Source: a virus
Reading direction: 5' to 3' (one strand)
Virus record (IMG/VR): IMGVR_UViG_3300046616_000348
Location: 10,775-74,774 of that record
DNA: 64,000 nucleotides
Both the position numbers and the translations under genes were made by a program. Shown piece after piece: positions 20,120 to 28,679 of the stretch. Position 1 is the first letter of the stretch. Each line of letters starts with the position of its first letter. Under the pieces are notes generated by a model. It was not told the origin of the DNA and did not search any database. It saw only the letters and a list, made by a program, of their open reading frames with translations.

Positions 20120-20641
20120 ATGCAGAGCACCGACCACCTCTGCCCGCGCCGCGCGGAAAACCCGATGGCCGACCGGATGTTCCCCGGCCCCGACAAGTGG
20201 GACATGCGGGATGGTGTTCGGTGCTGCTCATACTGCGGCTCGATGCATCCCGAGGACGTGTTCCTTGCCATCGCCGAGAAGGTCGAGTTCGGCCCGACCG
20301 ACAAGAGCTACAAGGTCTACGTCGACCTGCCGAACCCCAACGCCGGCAAGCGCGTGGTGGTCGGGTCCGAGAGCGGCCCGGCCTTCAACGTGGTGACCGG
20401 CAAGCCCAACCGGACCGACCTGTCGATCTGGGAGATGATCACCAACCGGTACAGCCGGAAGATCTGGGGCACGGCCTCGGCGAAGCTGCACGCGAAGTTC
20501 TACTTCCAGCACTTCGACCGCGACCAGCAGGCCCGGTTCATCAACCTGCTCAACGTCAAGGCGGTGAACATCGGCTACCCGGGCCATTTCTACCGGCTGC
20601 CGTTCTTCTGCGTCGTCGACAAGAGCACGAGGGCGGAGTGA
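20120..20641 (+). CDS. Hypothetical Cys/His-motif protein within the lysis cassette
   Basis: CPRR...CSYCGSMHP; coupled on both sides. Confidence 0.7.
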   Translation: MQSTDHLCPRRAENPMADRMFPGPDKWDMRDGVRCCSYCGSMHPEDVFLAIAEKVEFGPTDKSYKVYVDLPNPNAGKRVVVGSESGPAFNVVTGKPNRTDLSIWEMITNRYSRKIWGTASAKLHAKFYFQHFDRDQQARFINLLNVKAVNIGYPGHFYRLPFFCVVDKSTRAE

Positions 20642-20997
20642 TGGACCTCAAGGTCATCGGCCTCGCCCTGGCCGTCGTCGCCGGCATGCTCGCCTACAAC
20701 TTCTGGATCGAGAACCCGGGCGTTGCCCAGCTCGCCAAGGAGCAAGAGGCGCACGCGTGCTCGATCCGCACGGTGGACGCGGAGAACCGCGCCCGCCAGG
20801 CGGCCGAGGCCCACTACCAAGCGGTCGGTGAGGCCGCGCTCGAGGAGTTCAAGAAGACCTCCGAGGCGCGGGACAGCCTCTACCGACAGGTGCAATCCCA
20901 GCTCGAACAGGACATCGCGAACTATGAGCAAACGCTCGAAGCTGCTGGCCGCAGCTGCAAGCTCGATCGCTCTGATTTTGAGTGGTTGCGCCACTAG
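20641..20997 (+). CDS. i-spanin (Rz-like)
   Basis: ATG 20641; N-terminal TM helix, coiled coil, C-terminal Cys. Confidence 0.7.
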   Translation: MDLKVIGLALAVVAGMLAYNFWIENPGVAQLAKEQEAHACSIRTVDAENRARQAAEAHYQAVGEAALEEFKKTSEARDSLYRQVQSQLEQDIANYEQTLEAAGRSCKLDRSDFEWLRH

Positions 20998-21250
20998 CCC
21001 GACCTCCTTCCAGGTCGACCACGCCGCCGCCAAGGCTGTAGCCGAGGCACCCGTCCGCACGGAGCGCCAGCCGGACATCTGCAACCAGGGGTTCGAGAAG
21101 CTCCCCGAGTCGCAGGTCGTCGGTGCCGAGGCCGTCACGGTGATCAAGCGGTACGAGAAGCTGATCGAGGGGCCGGTCAATGACCGGATCCACGGCTGCT
21201 ACGCCTACGGCGAGGCAATCCGCAAGGGCCTCGCTCCCCCAAAACTCTAA
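20924..21250 (+). CDS. o-spanin lipoprotein (Rz1-like)
   Basis: MSKRSKLLAAAASSIALILSGC lipobox; overlaps the i-spanin 3' end. Confidence 0.75.
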   Translation: MSKRSKLLAAAASSIALILSGCATSPTSFQVDHAAAKAVAEAPVRTERQPDICNQGFEKLPESQVVGAEAVTVIKRYEKLIEGPVNDRIHGCYAYGEAIRKGLAPPKL

Positions 21251-21292
21251 CGCCACAGCGTCGCCTTCCCACTCAGAACGGACAGGAGCTCC

Positions 21293-21679
21293 GTGATGAA
21301 ATTCGACTTTACCTGGCTCCCCGACGGGGCCGGGCAGCTTCTCATTGCGGGCGTGGCGGGCGGCATCGTCCGCTGGGCGACGCTGAAGGAGAAGTGGCCC
21401 GACGGACTGATCAGCATCCTCGTGGGTGCGCTCTGTTCTGTGTTCGTCGGCCCGGCCGCTTTCCCCCTCATGGGTCCGCTGATCGACTTCAGCAAAATCG
21501 ACCCCAACTCGGCCAAGTCCCTCGCGGGCTTCATGATCGGCGCCGGCGGCATCCTCGTCGCTGGCTTCCTCATCGACCTTTGGCGCGAACGTCGCCGGCA
21601 GCTGCGCACGCCGCGGCCTGCCGACTTCGTCGTGATCCCTCCCAACCCGGAGAAGGATGATGATGCGGCACAGTCTTAA
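21293..21679 (+). CDS. Putative holin
   Basis: Three hydrophobic segments, basic C-terminus; dual GTG/ATG start. Confidence 0.7.
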   Translation: MMKFDFTWLPDGAGQLLIAGVAGGIVRWATLKEKWPDGLISILVGALCSVFVGPAAFPLMGPLIDFSKIDPNSAKSLAGFMIGAGGILVAGFLIDLWRERRRQLRTPRPADFVVIPPNPEKDDDAAQS

Positions 21680-22088
21680 GTACGCAGCCAAGCGCAGCTG
21701 GGTGGCGGGGAGGGCTCTCCTCGTCACCGTAGCCGCCCTAGTCGCGATCCTGTTGCTTCTCGGCCGGGGTCAGGCACAAGCCGCCGAATGCGGGGGGGCG
21801 TCCTGGTACGGGCCAGGGTTCCACGGCAAGAAGACGGCGTCCGGTCAGCGGTTCAATGAGAACGCGATGACCGCGGCACACAAATCACTGCCCTTCGGCA
21901 CGATCGTGAAGGTCACCGACCAAGCGACGGGCCGCAGTATCAAGGTAGAAATCACCGATCGCGGCCCGTTTCACCCGGGTCGGATCATCGACCTGTCGAA
22001 GGCGGCCGGAGCTGCGTTCGACCTCCCATACGATCGGGGCGTGACCAAGGTCTGCATCAAGATCTTGAAGCCGCCCGATCGAGCGTAG
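21660..22088 (+). CDS. rlpA: RlpA-like double-psi beta-barrel lytic transglycosylase with signal peptide
   Basis: ASWYGPGFHGKKTASG, TAAHKSLPFGT, DRGPF, RIIDLS. Confidence 0.9.
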   Translation: MMRHSLKYAAKRSWVAGRALLVTVAALVAILLLLGRGQAQAAECGGASWYGPGFHGKKTASGQRFNENAMTAAHKSLPFGTIVKVTDQATGRSIKVEITDRGPFHPGRIIDLSKAAGAAFDLPYDRGVTKVCIKILKPPDRA

Positions 22089-22120
22089 CCCCTGTGACCT
22101 CCAAGAAGCAGGCAGACTGA

Positions 22121-22154
22121 GACCCCCTGGCCCTCGCGGGCTGGGGGGTCTTTT
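22121..22154 (+). terminator. Terminator between convergent late and int-side genes
   Basis: GACCCCCTGGCCC-tcgc-GGGCTGGGGGGTC then TTTT. Confidence 0.75.
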
Positions 22155-22160
22155 CGCGTT

Positions 22161-22463
22161 TCAGCGCCGCGAAACTTCCCAGCGGCCATACTCGCCAGAC
22201 AGCGTGTAGGTGTGGACGAACCCATCGCAGCTCACCCGGATGTCGGGGAGGCTGCGGATGTCGTACTCGGCCTCGCCCAGCGTCTCGCACGGGAGCCCAG
22301 CCTTGAGCACTGCTCGGCGGGCATCATCGGCGACCCCGATCGCCATCTCCAAGCTCATATCCTTGCCGTTCATCAGCATCGCGCCGTCCTCGAGCCAGGC
22401 CGGCCGCTCCTCGGCCGACGCCGCCGTTGCGGTGATGATCAGGGCGATCGCGAGAGCGCGCAT
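22161..22463 (-). CDS. Secreted/periplasmic hypothetical protein
   Basis: GGAG SD; MRALAIALIITATAASA signal peptide; two Cys. Confidence 0.7.
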   Translation of the reverse strand: MRALAIALIITATAASAEERPAWLEDGAMLMNGKDMSLEMAIGVADDARRAVLKAGLPCETLGEAEYDIRSLPDIRVSCDGFVHTYTLSGEYGRWEVSRR

Positions 22464-22484
22464 ATTCTCCTCCGTTTTTTCGCC

Positions 22485-22823
22485 CTATCGCACCTCGAGC
22501 AAATGGTGGCAAGCCACCTTGTGCCCGTAGCGGCCGATCTCTCCCCCAATATCGCTAACGAAATCAACGCTCATCGGCGCGGCCTTGCACTGGCTGCAGC
22601 TGAGTAGGGGGACGATTTCCCGGAGCGTCCGGTTCCAGCCCTGGGTGGCCGCAAGCAGGCGCAGCGGCAGCCCCGTCATGCCGTGCGTCCCGCACCGCAC
22701 CTCGAGCCACCACCCCGACAGCTTGTAGATCGGCTCATCCCAAGGGGGCTCGGCGGGGAAGGGCGTGAAGGGGTCGATCAGCTCGGGGAACCCGTAGCGG
22801 GTCTTCGGCTCTCTATTGCTCAT
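22485..22823 (-). CDS. Zn-ribbon-like hypothetical protein
   Basis: VRCGTH...CSQC. Confidence 0.65.
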   Translation of the reverse strand: MSNREPKTRYGFPELIDPFTPFPAEPPWDEPIYKLSGWWLEVRCGTHGMTGLPLRLLAATQGWNRTLREIVPLLSCSQCKAAPMSVDFVSDIGGEIGRYGHKVACHHLLEVR

Positions 22824-23010
22824 CGCCCTTGAGGGCGCTGGCCCGGATCGTCACCGGGTAATCGTACCCGGGGATGCGGATTGTCACCGTGTCGCCGGTG
22901 TCCCAGGTGTTCCGGCCGGTGCGGGTGACCTCGACCGTCAACGGCAGCTTGTCCCCCTTCTGAGGGAGCCGCTTGATCTGGAGGGTCTCTTTCGGCGTGC
23001 GTCTCGGCAT
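22813..23010 (-). CDS. Small hypothetical protein
   Basis: ATG 23010 just after the int stop; overlaps next gene. Confidence 0.55.
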   Translation of the reverse strand: MPRRTPKETLQIKRLPQKGDKLPLTVEVTRTGRNTWDTGDTVTIRIPGYDYPVTIRASALKGDEQ

Positions 23011-23014
23011 GCCC

Positions 23015-24367
23015 TTAAGATAGTGCGGCTGCGCCACGAGTCGAGTCGTCGGGCACCGCCCACCTGAACTTGATCCCGTCGAGCACCTCGAGCTTGGCCT
23101 CCAACGTCGCGCCCTCGCCATACTCCTCCCGATCCATCGAGTGGCCCATCAGGTCAGCCTGCACGCGATCCAGCGCCTTCGCCGCGAGGATGCGATCCTG
23201 GAAGCTGTGGCGCAGCGAGTAGAGGGAATGGCGCGGCGTCGGCCGCAGCCCGTTCTCGCGGAGGAACTTGTTCACCGCGGCCGACAGCGAGTCGGAGTTG
23301 TCGAAGTAGGCCGGGAAACCGTCGGGGCACTGCTTGGCCGCCCAGAGCGAGACGCCCACCAGAGGGATCGACCTCACGGCCGAGTCGGTCTTGAGGACGC
23401 GGTCCGTCCGCTCCTCGATGACGATGTGCGGCACCTTGTGGTCGAGCACGATGTATTGCCGCTTCAGGTTGACGATCTCGCTCGGCCGCAAGCCCGTCTC
23501 CACCATGATGTAGAGCACCATCCGGGCCTGATGGTTCATCCGGTCGAGCGCCCCGGGGGCGAGCAGCTGGTTCTGGATGAAGTCGAGCGGGTAGGGCACG
23601 CCCTTCTTGGCCTTCGTCTTGGTGTTGCCCTCCAGGTTGAGCTTCGTCCACACCGCGCTGTAGTCGGTCTGCAGTGCGGCGTCGATGACGGTGAGCATCC
23701 CCTTGATGTTCGAGAACGACTTGTTCGGCGCCTCGACCGTGAGCCCGTCCCGGTCGACCTTCTTCACCCACCACGCCCGGAAGTCGAGCGCGTCCTTGCG
23801 CACGATCGCCTTGAGGGCCTTGTCGCCCTTCAGCACCTCCATGAGGTACTTGATCGCGGTCCGCCGCTGCCCCTCGTGGATGTGCCGTTGCTTCGGCGAC
23901 ATGCCGGCGAGCTTTAGGGAGTTGTGGCTGGCATATTCGTCGTAGAGCCCGCTGAGCATCAGATCGGGTTCGGGTGCGACGCCAAGAAGGGCCTCGGCCG
24001 CTGCCGGCGCTTGGTCAACCACTTTCTCGGCGGCGAGGATGCGGGCCTCTAGGTCTGGCGTCAGCCCGCCCGCCATCAGCTCGTCGAGCGGGCGGTAGCT
24101 GAAGCCGAACGAGCGAGCAGTGTCGACGGCGGCCAAGTATCGCTCATAGGGGGTCTTCGCATCCTCGCCCCGCTGGAGTGCGCCCCAGTAGGCTTCGAGC
24201 TTTTCGTTGATCTCGCGCGCCTTGATCGCGGCAACGTGCTCGTCTTTGGTCTTCAGGCTGGTACGAATTTCCTTCCGGCTATCGAGGTGCTCGATCTCCT
24301 TCGGCACCCTCCGGCGGAACATCAAATTGCCGTCTGCTCGCGCGCAGATGTAGTCCTTGAAGCCCAT
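23015..24367 (-). CDS. int: Tyrosine integrase with DUF6538-like N-terminal arm-binding domain
   Basis: FRRRVP...IRTSLKT N-terminus; TGLRPSE, LKT, YSLRH, LMGH, Y catalytic residues. Confidence 0.93.
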   Translation of the reverse strand: MGFKDYICARADGNLMFRRRVPKEIEHLDSRKEIRTSLKTKDEHVAAIKAREINEKLEAYWGALQRGEDAKTPYERYLAAVDTARSFGFSYRPLDELMAGGLTPDLEARILAAEKVVDQAPAAAEALLGVAPEPDLMLSGLYDEYASHNSLKLAGMSPKQRHIHEGQRRTAIKYLMEVLKGDKALKAIVRKDALDFRAWWVKKVDRDGLTVEAPNKSFSNIKGMLTVIDAALQTDYSAVWTKLNLEGNTKTKAKKGVPYPLDFIQNQLLAPGALDRMNHQARMVLYIMVETGLRPSEIVNLKRQYIVLDHKVPHIVIEERTDRVLKTDSAVRSIPLVGVSLWAAKQCPDGFPAYFDNSDSLSAAVNKFLRENGLRPTPRHSLYSLRHSFQDRILAAKALDRVQADLMGHSMDREEYGEGATLEAKLEVLDGIKFRWAVPDDSTRGAAALS

Positions 24368-24379
24368 ACCAGCCGCATA

Positions 24380-24414
24380 TTTGTGTCACGGTTTGCGCCC
24401 GGTTTGTGTCACGG
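24380..24414 (+). repeat. Left integrase arm-type site array (3 x ~12 bp)
   Basis: TTTGTGTCACGG / TTTGCGCCCGG / TTTGTGTCACGG. Confidence 0.75.
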
Positions 24415-24429
24415 TTATAGACCCAACGT

Positions 24430-24446
24430 CAATACGCCATGTATAT
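24430..24446. promoter_or_regulatory. Putative CI operator copy
   Basis: CAATACGCCATGTATAT matches the 17-bp dyad found at cI/cro. Confidence 0.6.
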
Positions 24447-24635
24447 TTAGGCGGTATGAAGGGCCTGAAACCCCCGGATTTGCGGGGGTTTAGCTGAATA
24501 GAGTGAGGGGAGGTTTTGGCACGCCCGCCGTGTCCAATGTGGTACGCCCGGATCGTCCAAGTACCATTCTTGAGAAAAGAAAAAACCCCGCTTTCACGGG
24601 GCTTTTCTGGCGGTCTCGGCATGGGTGGTCATCTA

Positions 24636-24671
24636 GCTGTGCCCCGGTTTGTGGCACGGTTTGTGTCACGG
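24636..24671 (+). repeat. Right integrase arm-type site array (3 x 12 bp)
   Basis: GCTGTGCCCCGG / TTTGTGGCACGG / TTTGTGTCACGG. Confidence 0.75.
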
Positions 24672-24863
24672 TCTCGCGGCCTGCTGAAGGAGGCGACGCG
24701 CCCTCGCCAGACTGCCTCCCCTCTCTTGCGCCTTCTCGAGCTCGCGCTCAAGCATCTCGAACAAGGGGAGGTAGGCGTCTCCGCGCGCGTCGATCAGCTT
24801 CGCAACGGCGAGCATAAGGCGCTCGATGCGGTCGGCGGTCATGGGGGCGGAAGAGGTCTTCAT
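24666..24863 (-). CDS. Small helical protein abutting attP (excisionase/RDF candidate)
   Basis: 65 aa; stop codon lies inside the right arm array. Confidence 0.55.
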   Translation of the reverse strand: MKTSSAPMTADRIERLMLAVAKLIDARGDAYLPLFEMLERELEKAQERGGSLARARRLLQQAARP

Positions 24864-24865
24864 GC

Positions 24866-25558
24866 TCAGAGTTCGTCGCGTAGCCAGAGGTCGTAGTCTG
24901 CCGTCATCTTGCGGAAGGCGGCGGCGGCTTGGTCGTTGTGGTCGAGTTCACGGCGGCTGGTGATGCCGCAGCGGGTGCGGATGATCTCCGCGGCGTGGTC
25001 TTTGTCGGCGGCGCCGAGGAACACCCGGAAGCCGCCCTCGTCGCAGAGGATGGCAGCGCGCATCGCCAGCCGGCCGCCCTTCATCTCCGGCTCGGCCGGC
25101 GCGGGCGGGGTCTCCGGCTTGTTCGCGTCGAACTCGGCCCGGGACATGTAGGGCGGGTCGAACGGCGGCTCGTCGTCGGTCGACGGCGTCGGCGCCGGGG
25201 CGGGCTCGCGGGGCAGGCCCAGCTCGATCGCCCGCTGGCAGTCGTGCTTGTGGATGTAGTGAGTGCCGTCCGGCGAGAGCCGGGCGTTGCAGTCCTCGCC
25301 CGCAGCGGTGTCGGGCTGGGGAGGCGGCACATACTCCGGCTCCTCCTCCGGCTCGGGCTCGGGAGCGCGAAGCTCGTCGATCGCTTCCTGCCTACGCCAG
25401 ACGTCGGCGTAGGTGTCCGGCCGCTTGTAGACGCGGACGAAGGTGTCCTCGCCCACGCCCTCGATGCGGAGGTCGTAGGGCACGGCCTCGGAGAAGGAGG
25501 GGCCGAGCAGCAGCTTCAGAGCCCGGGGAAGGCGGATGCTGGAGACGGGCTGGGTCAC
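24866..25558 (-). CDS. Hypothetical phage protein
   Basis: Pro-rich linker; C-terminal RCGITSRRELD domain seen in phage proteins. Confidence 0.7.
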   Translation of the reverse strand: MTQPVSSIRLPRALKLLLGPSFSEAVPYDLRIEGVGEDTFVRVYKRPDTYADVWRRQEAIDELRAPEPEPEEEPEYVPPPQPDTAAGEDCNARLSPDGTHYIHKHDCQRAIELGLPREPAPAPTPSTDDEPPFDPPYMSRAEFDANKPETPPAPAEPEMKGGRLAMRAAILCDEGGFRVFLGAADKDHAAEIIRTRCGITSRRELDHNDQAAAAFRKMTADYDLWLRDEL

Positions 25559-26010
25559 GGGATGATCGGTCCGCCCGCCCTGAGAGTGTCGGCCTGCAGC
25601 TCGGTGACGCCGCTGCGGGCGATGTCAGCGAGGCAGCCGATCGTCGCCGTGATCAGCGCCAGCCCGCCCGAGACCATGTTCTGCGCCACGACGTGGTGCC
25701 GGGTGTCGGTGTGGATGATGAACAGCTCGACGGCTGCGGTGTAGACCTTGCCGCCGGGGGTGTTCGCCGACTGCACGACATAGGTCGCTGCCGGCATCAC
25801 CTGGTCGAGCACCGACTGGGCGGCGCCGGCCTGGGACATCTCGCCACCGCTGCCGATGGCGAGGAACAACTGGGTTGGCGCGCCCTTCGGGAGGGCGGCC
25901 TCGGCCACGTCGATGATCTCCTTGCGCTGCTGCCGCAGCGGCACGCCCCGGAGGTTCCGCAGCTGGCCGTGGAGGACGGACAGCTCATGGCGCTTCAACT
26001 CGAACTTCAC
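25555..26010 (-). CDS. Hypothetical protein
   Basis: Coupled ORF in the leftward operon. Confidence 0.65.
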   Translation of the reverse strand: MKFELKRHELSVLHGQLRNLRGVPLRQQRKEIIDVAEAALPKGAPTQLFLAIGSGGEMSQAGAAQSVLDQVMPAATYVVQSANTPGGKVYTAAVELFIIHTDTRHHVVAQNMVSGGLALITATIGCLADIARSGVTELQADTLRAGGPIIP

Positions 26011-26011
26011 T

Positions 26012-26227
26012 TCACAATGCTCCTACTAGCTCGGCCCGCTTCCGCATCTCGGCCCTGACGTTGTGCACGGCGTGGGTGTCCTTCAGGATCCCGCCGACGT
26101 AGATGATCTCCCTCCCCCTCGGGCCCCGAAGCGTCACCTTGAAGTGACCCTTCCGCGTCTTGGACAAATCGAAGTCCTGGCACGCCGCCCTCACGATGGC
26201 CTTGAGCTCCCGCTCCCACCTGGTCAT
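26012..26227 (-). CDS. HicA-like small protein
   Basis: 71 aa from ATG 26227; TRKGHFKVTL motif, alpha-beta-beta-beta-alpha pattern. Confidence 0.5.
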   Translation of the reverse strand: MTRWERELKAIVRAACQDFDLSKTRKGHFKVTLRGPRGREIIYVGGILKDTHAVHNVRAEMRKRAELVGAL

Positions 26228-26448
26228 TGCAAATTCCCCCTGATCCTCACCGGGTAGATGGTCCAGCCGCGTTCCTTCGCGCGCTCCCATCCCTCCTCGA
26301 CTGTTTCCCCGGCCCGGGCGTAGACCGCTCCGAGCCAACCCATCACGTCCTCCGCTGCCCAGCGGATGGAGTGGGGCCAGGCAATCGCCTGACCCGCCTC
26401 CGCGTCCCACTGGATCGCGGCGTAGGCGTCGCTCTCAGCTGTCCTCAT
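26224..26448 (-). CDS. Hypothetical protein
   Basis: Overlap-coupled ORF. Confidence 0.6.
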   Translation of the reverse strand: MRTAESDAYAAIQWDAEAGQAIAWPHSIRWAAEDVMGWLGAVYARAGETVEEGWERAKERGWTIYPVRIRGNLQ

Positions 26449-26692
26449 GGACGATGCCGAAGACCTGATGCAGCGTCCCCTTGGTGGCCGTCTGCTTGTT
26501 CACGAGCCGGAAGTCGCTGCCGACGAGGCCGGCCTGCTCGAGGCCTTTGCCGAGTTCGTTCTGCGCATTGGCGAGGGCGGTCTCGGTGCGACGGAGGGCG
26601 CTCTGGGCGCTGTCGACGCCCTTACGATCATCCGCCCGCTGCCGCAGCAGGCCCTCGACGGTGTTGATCAGTTCGGAGAGAGGCTTGCTCAT
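26435..26692 (-). CDS. Coiled-coil hypothetical protein
   Basis: GGAG SD; coupled ORF. Confidence 0.65.
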   Translation of the reverse strand: MSKPLSELINTVEGLLRQRADDRKGVDSAQSALRRTETALANAQNELGKGLEQAGLVGSDFRLVNKQTATKGTLHQVFGIVHEDS

Positions 26693-26698
26693 AGCCGG

Positions 26699-28018
26699 TC
26701 ACTCCGCCGCGGCCTTGAGGTCGGCGGCGACGAGCCGGCCGTCCTCGATGTAGAAGCCCACGTCGCCGGTCTCGTCGACCTCCTCGATCCAGAACTGCAT
26801 GTCGTGCTTCTCAGCGAACTCGGCGATCAGCTGGCGGGCCTGGCTGTCGAGGAGCGAGCCTTCGCGGATCTGGATCACCCGCAGCTTGGGATTGAGCGCC
26901 GAGGCGATCGCCACCGAGGCGGTGATCTTCTGCGCCGTGGAGGCGCGGTCGAACGGGAGGCCGTCGAGCAGCACCGCGTCGTCCTCGAGCGTGAGCCCCT
27001 GGACAGGGATGTTGCTCGCGGCGATGGCCTTCTGCTGGTCGGCCTTGATGTCGTCGATCGCCTGGGTGAGGCCCTCGGACTTCTTGCGCAGCTCCTCCAC
27101 CTCGCCGCGCAGGGCGGCACGCTGGCGGCGCTGGCGGATGTTCTGGCCGATCACCTCGTTCTGCCGACGGGCCTCGTCAATCTTCTCGCGCAGCTCGGAC
27201 GTGTCCTTCGGGTTGGGCTGGGCGGGCATGTCCATCAGCGATGCCCGCATGCCCTTCACGTCGCGGTCGGCGGTGATGGCTTCTTGCTCCTTCGCCGCCG
27301 CCTGCTTCCGCAGCTCCTCGGCTTCACGGTTCAGGCGCTCGACGTCGGCCTCGCGGGTGCTGATCTTGTCGCGGAGGGTCTGGTAGGCGTGGGTGGCTTC
27401 CTGGATCCTGGCGTTCTCGGCGCCGGCGGCTTCGAGCTCGGCAACCAGCGCCGCCTCGTCGATCAGTTCGCTCGGCACGCTGTCGTCGACAACGATGGCC
27501 TCGAGCTGCGCCTCGGACCGCTTCAGGTCACGATTGACGTCGGTGCGCTCGGCGTAGGCGTCCTTCCGGCGGGCCTCGGCGTCGTCGAAGTCGTAGTCGG
27601 GCACCAGCGGCTTCAGCAGGGCGAACCGCTGCTCGGGCTTGGCCCGCACGAAGGTGAGCGGGTCGAAGGTGAGAGCGCCCATCAGGTCGTTCAGCACCGA
27701 CTGCGGGTTCGCGTACTTCTTGCCGTCCTTCCCCTTGACCACGAGCATCTCGAGCGGCTCGTCGTTGTCGCGCTGCCGGATGATCTTCGTCACCTGCAGG
27801 TCGCCCAGGTCGACCTCGAGCAGTGCTTCCTTTTCGCCGAGATGGACCGGCGCCTCTGGGACGTACTTCTTGCCACCGAGCGCGGCCCAGATGGCGTCGA
27901 GCACCGAGCTCTTGCCTTGGCCGTTGGCGCCGGTGATGCGGATGACGTTGCCATCTGGCTGGATCTCGACCGCCTTAACGCGGGCGAAGCCCTCGACCTT
28001 GAGAGAGATGATCTTCAT
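26699..28018 (-). CDS. SMC/Rad50-like AAA ATPase
   Basis: Start MKIISLKVEG at 28018; Walker A GANGQGKS; long coiled coil; ASTAQ...EGSLLD. Confidence 0.88.
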   Translation of the reverse strand: MKIISLKVEGFARVKAVEIQPDGNVIRITGANGQGKSSVLDAIWAALGGKKYVPEAPVHLGEKEALLEVDLGDLQVTKIIRQRDNDEPLEMLVVKGKDGKKYANPQSVLNDLMGALTFDPLTFVRAKPEQRFALLKPLVPDYDFDDAEARRKDAYAERTDVNRDLKRSEAQLEAIVVDDSVPSELIDEAALVAELEAAGAENARIQEATHAYQTLRDKISTREADVERLNREAEELRKQAAAKEQEAITADRDVKGMRASLMDMPAQPNPKDTSELREKIDEARRQNEVIGQNIRQRRQRAALRGEVEELRKKSEGLTQAIDDIKADQQKAIAASNIPVQGLTLEDDAVLLDGLPFDRASTAQKITASVAIASALNPKLRVIQIREGSLLDSQARQLIAEFAEKHDMQFWIEEVDETGDVGFYIEDGRLVAADLKAAAE

Positions 28019-28443
28019 GCGGATGCCCCTGTGTGGTGCTGCTCGAGGAGAGCGTTGAGGATGGCTTTGGACCCGCCCGACAGCGCGTAGCCGCTGCCGA
28101 AGACGGTGTGGATTTCGATCTCGTAGGGAGCGAGCTTCTTGCGGACGTTCTTCATCACGGTCGTGGCCCGCATCTGCGCGGCCTGCGACGCGTCCTCGTA
28201 GAGGAGCATGGCGAGCTCGAACCGGCTGGCCGCGCTGAACTCGAGGAGGAACGAGACGATCTCGCACTCGAGGTGGGACAGCTTCAGGAAGAGATGCGGA
28301 ACCTTCGCCACACCACGCCGCGACCAGAGCCGCGCGTTTTCCATCTCCAGGAAGGTGCAGCGGCGGTCGAGCGTCTCGAGGGCGCCGGTCAGGTAGTAGA
28401 TGTGGTTCACCAGGTCGGTGATGCGTTCCTTCGTTGGGGTCAT
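28015..28443 (-). CDS. OmpR/CtrA-type winged-helix protein lacking a receiver domain
   Basis: LSHLECEIV...VRKKLAPYEIEIHTVFGSGYAL. Confidence 0.75.
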   Translation of the reverse strand: MTPTKERITDLVNHIYYLTGALETLDRRCTFLEMENARLWSRRGVAKVPHLFLKLSHLECEIVSFLLEFSAASRFELAMLLYEDASQAAQMRATTVMKNVRKKLAPYEIEIHTVFGSGYALSGGSKAILNALLEQHHTGASA

Positions 28444-28448
28444 GTCGT

Positions 28449-28679
28449 TCACAGCCCGGCGCTCCGCTCGAGGACCGCGCGCTTGCAGCGCTGCCAGGTC
28501 CGGTTTTCCATCGTGGTCAGTTTGGGGTCCGAGCGCCGGCGAAGGCGGGCGCGCAGGCGGCGCAGCAGGCTCTTCATGCGAGCCGGCACCAGTTTCCAGT
28601 GCTTGCCGCAGATCCACTCGGAGTAGGGCTCCTTGGTGGTGCGGCCGCAGAAGGGGACGAGGCAGGGGGTGCGCGCCAT
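28449..28679 (-). CDS. Small Zn-finger protein
   Basis: CLVPFC...ICGKHW. Confidence 0.65.
   Translation of the reverse strand: MARTPCLVPFCGRTTKEPYSEWICGKHWKLVPARMKSLLRRLRARLRRRSDPKLTTMENRTWQRCKRAVLERSAGL

Larger units (their letters stand above)
24380..24671. other. Putative attP
   Basis: Non-coding gap next to int, bounded by two triple arm arrays, with two hairpins (about 24467-24494 and 24578-24608). Confidence 0.7.

Noticed and set aside
24517-24566. TGGCACGCCCG and TGGTACGCCCG resemble reverse-complemented tRNA 3' ends
   Set aside because: No T-arm (GTTCGA) or cloverleaf; the attB target cannot be assigned without a search
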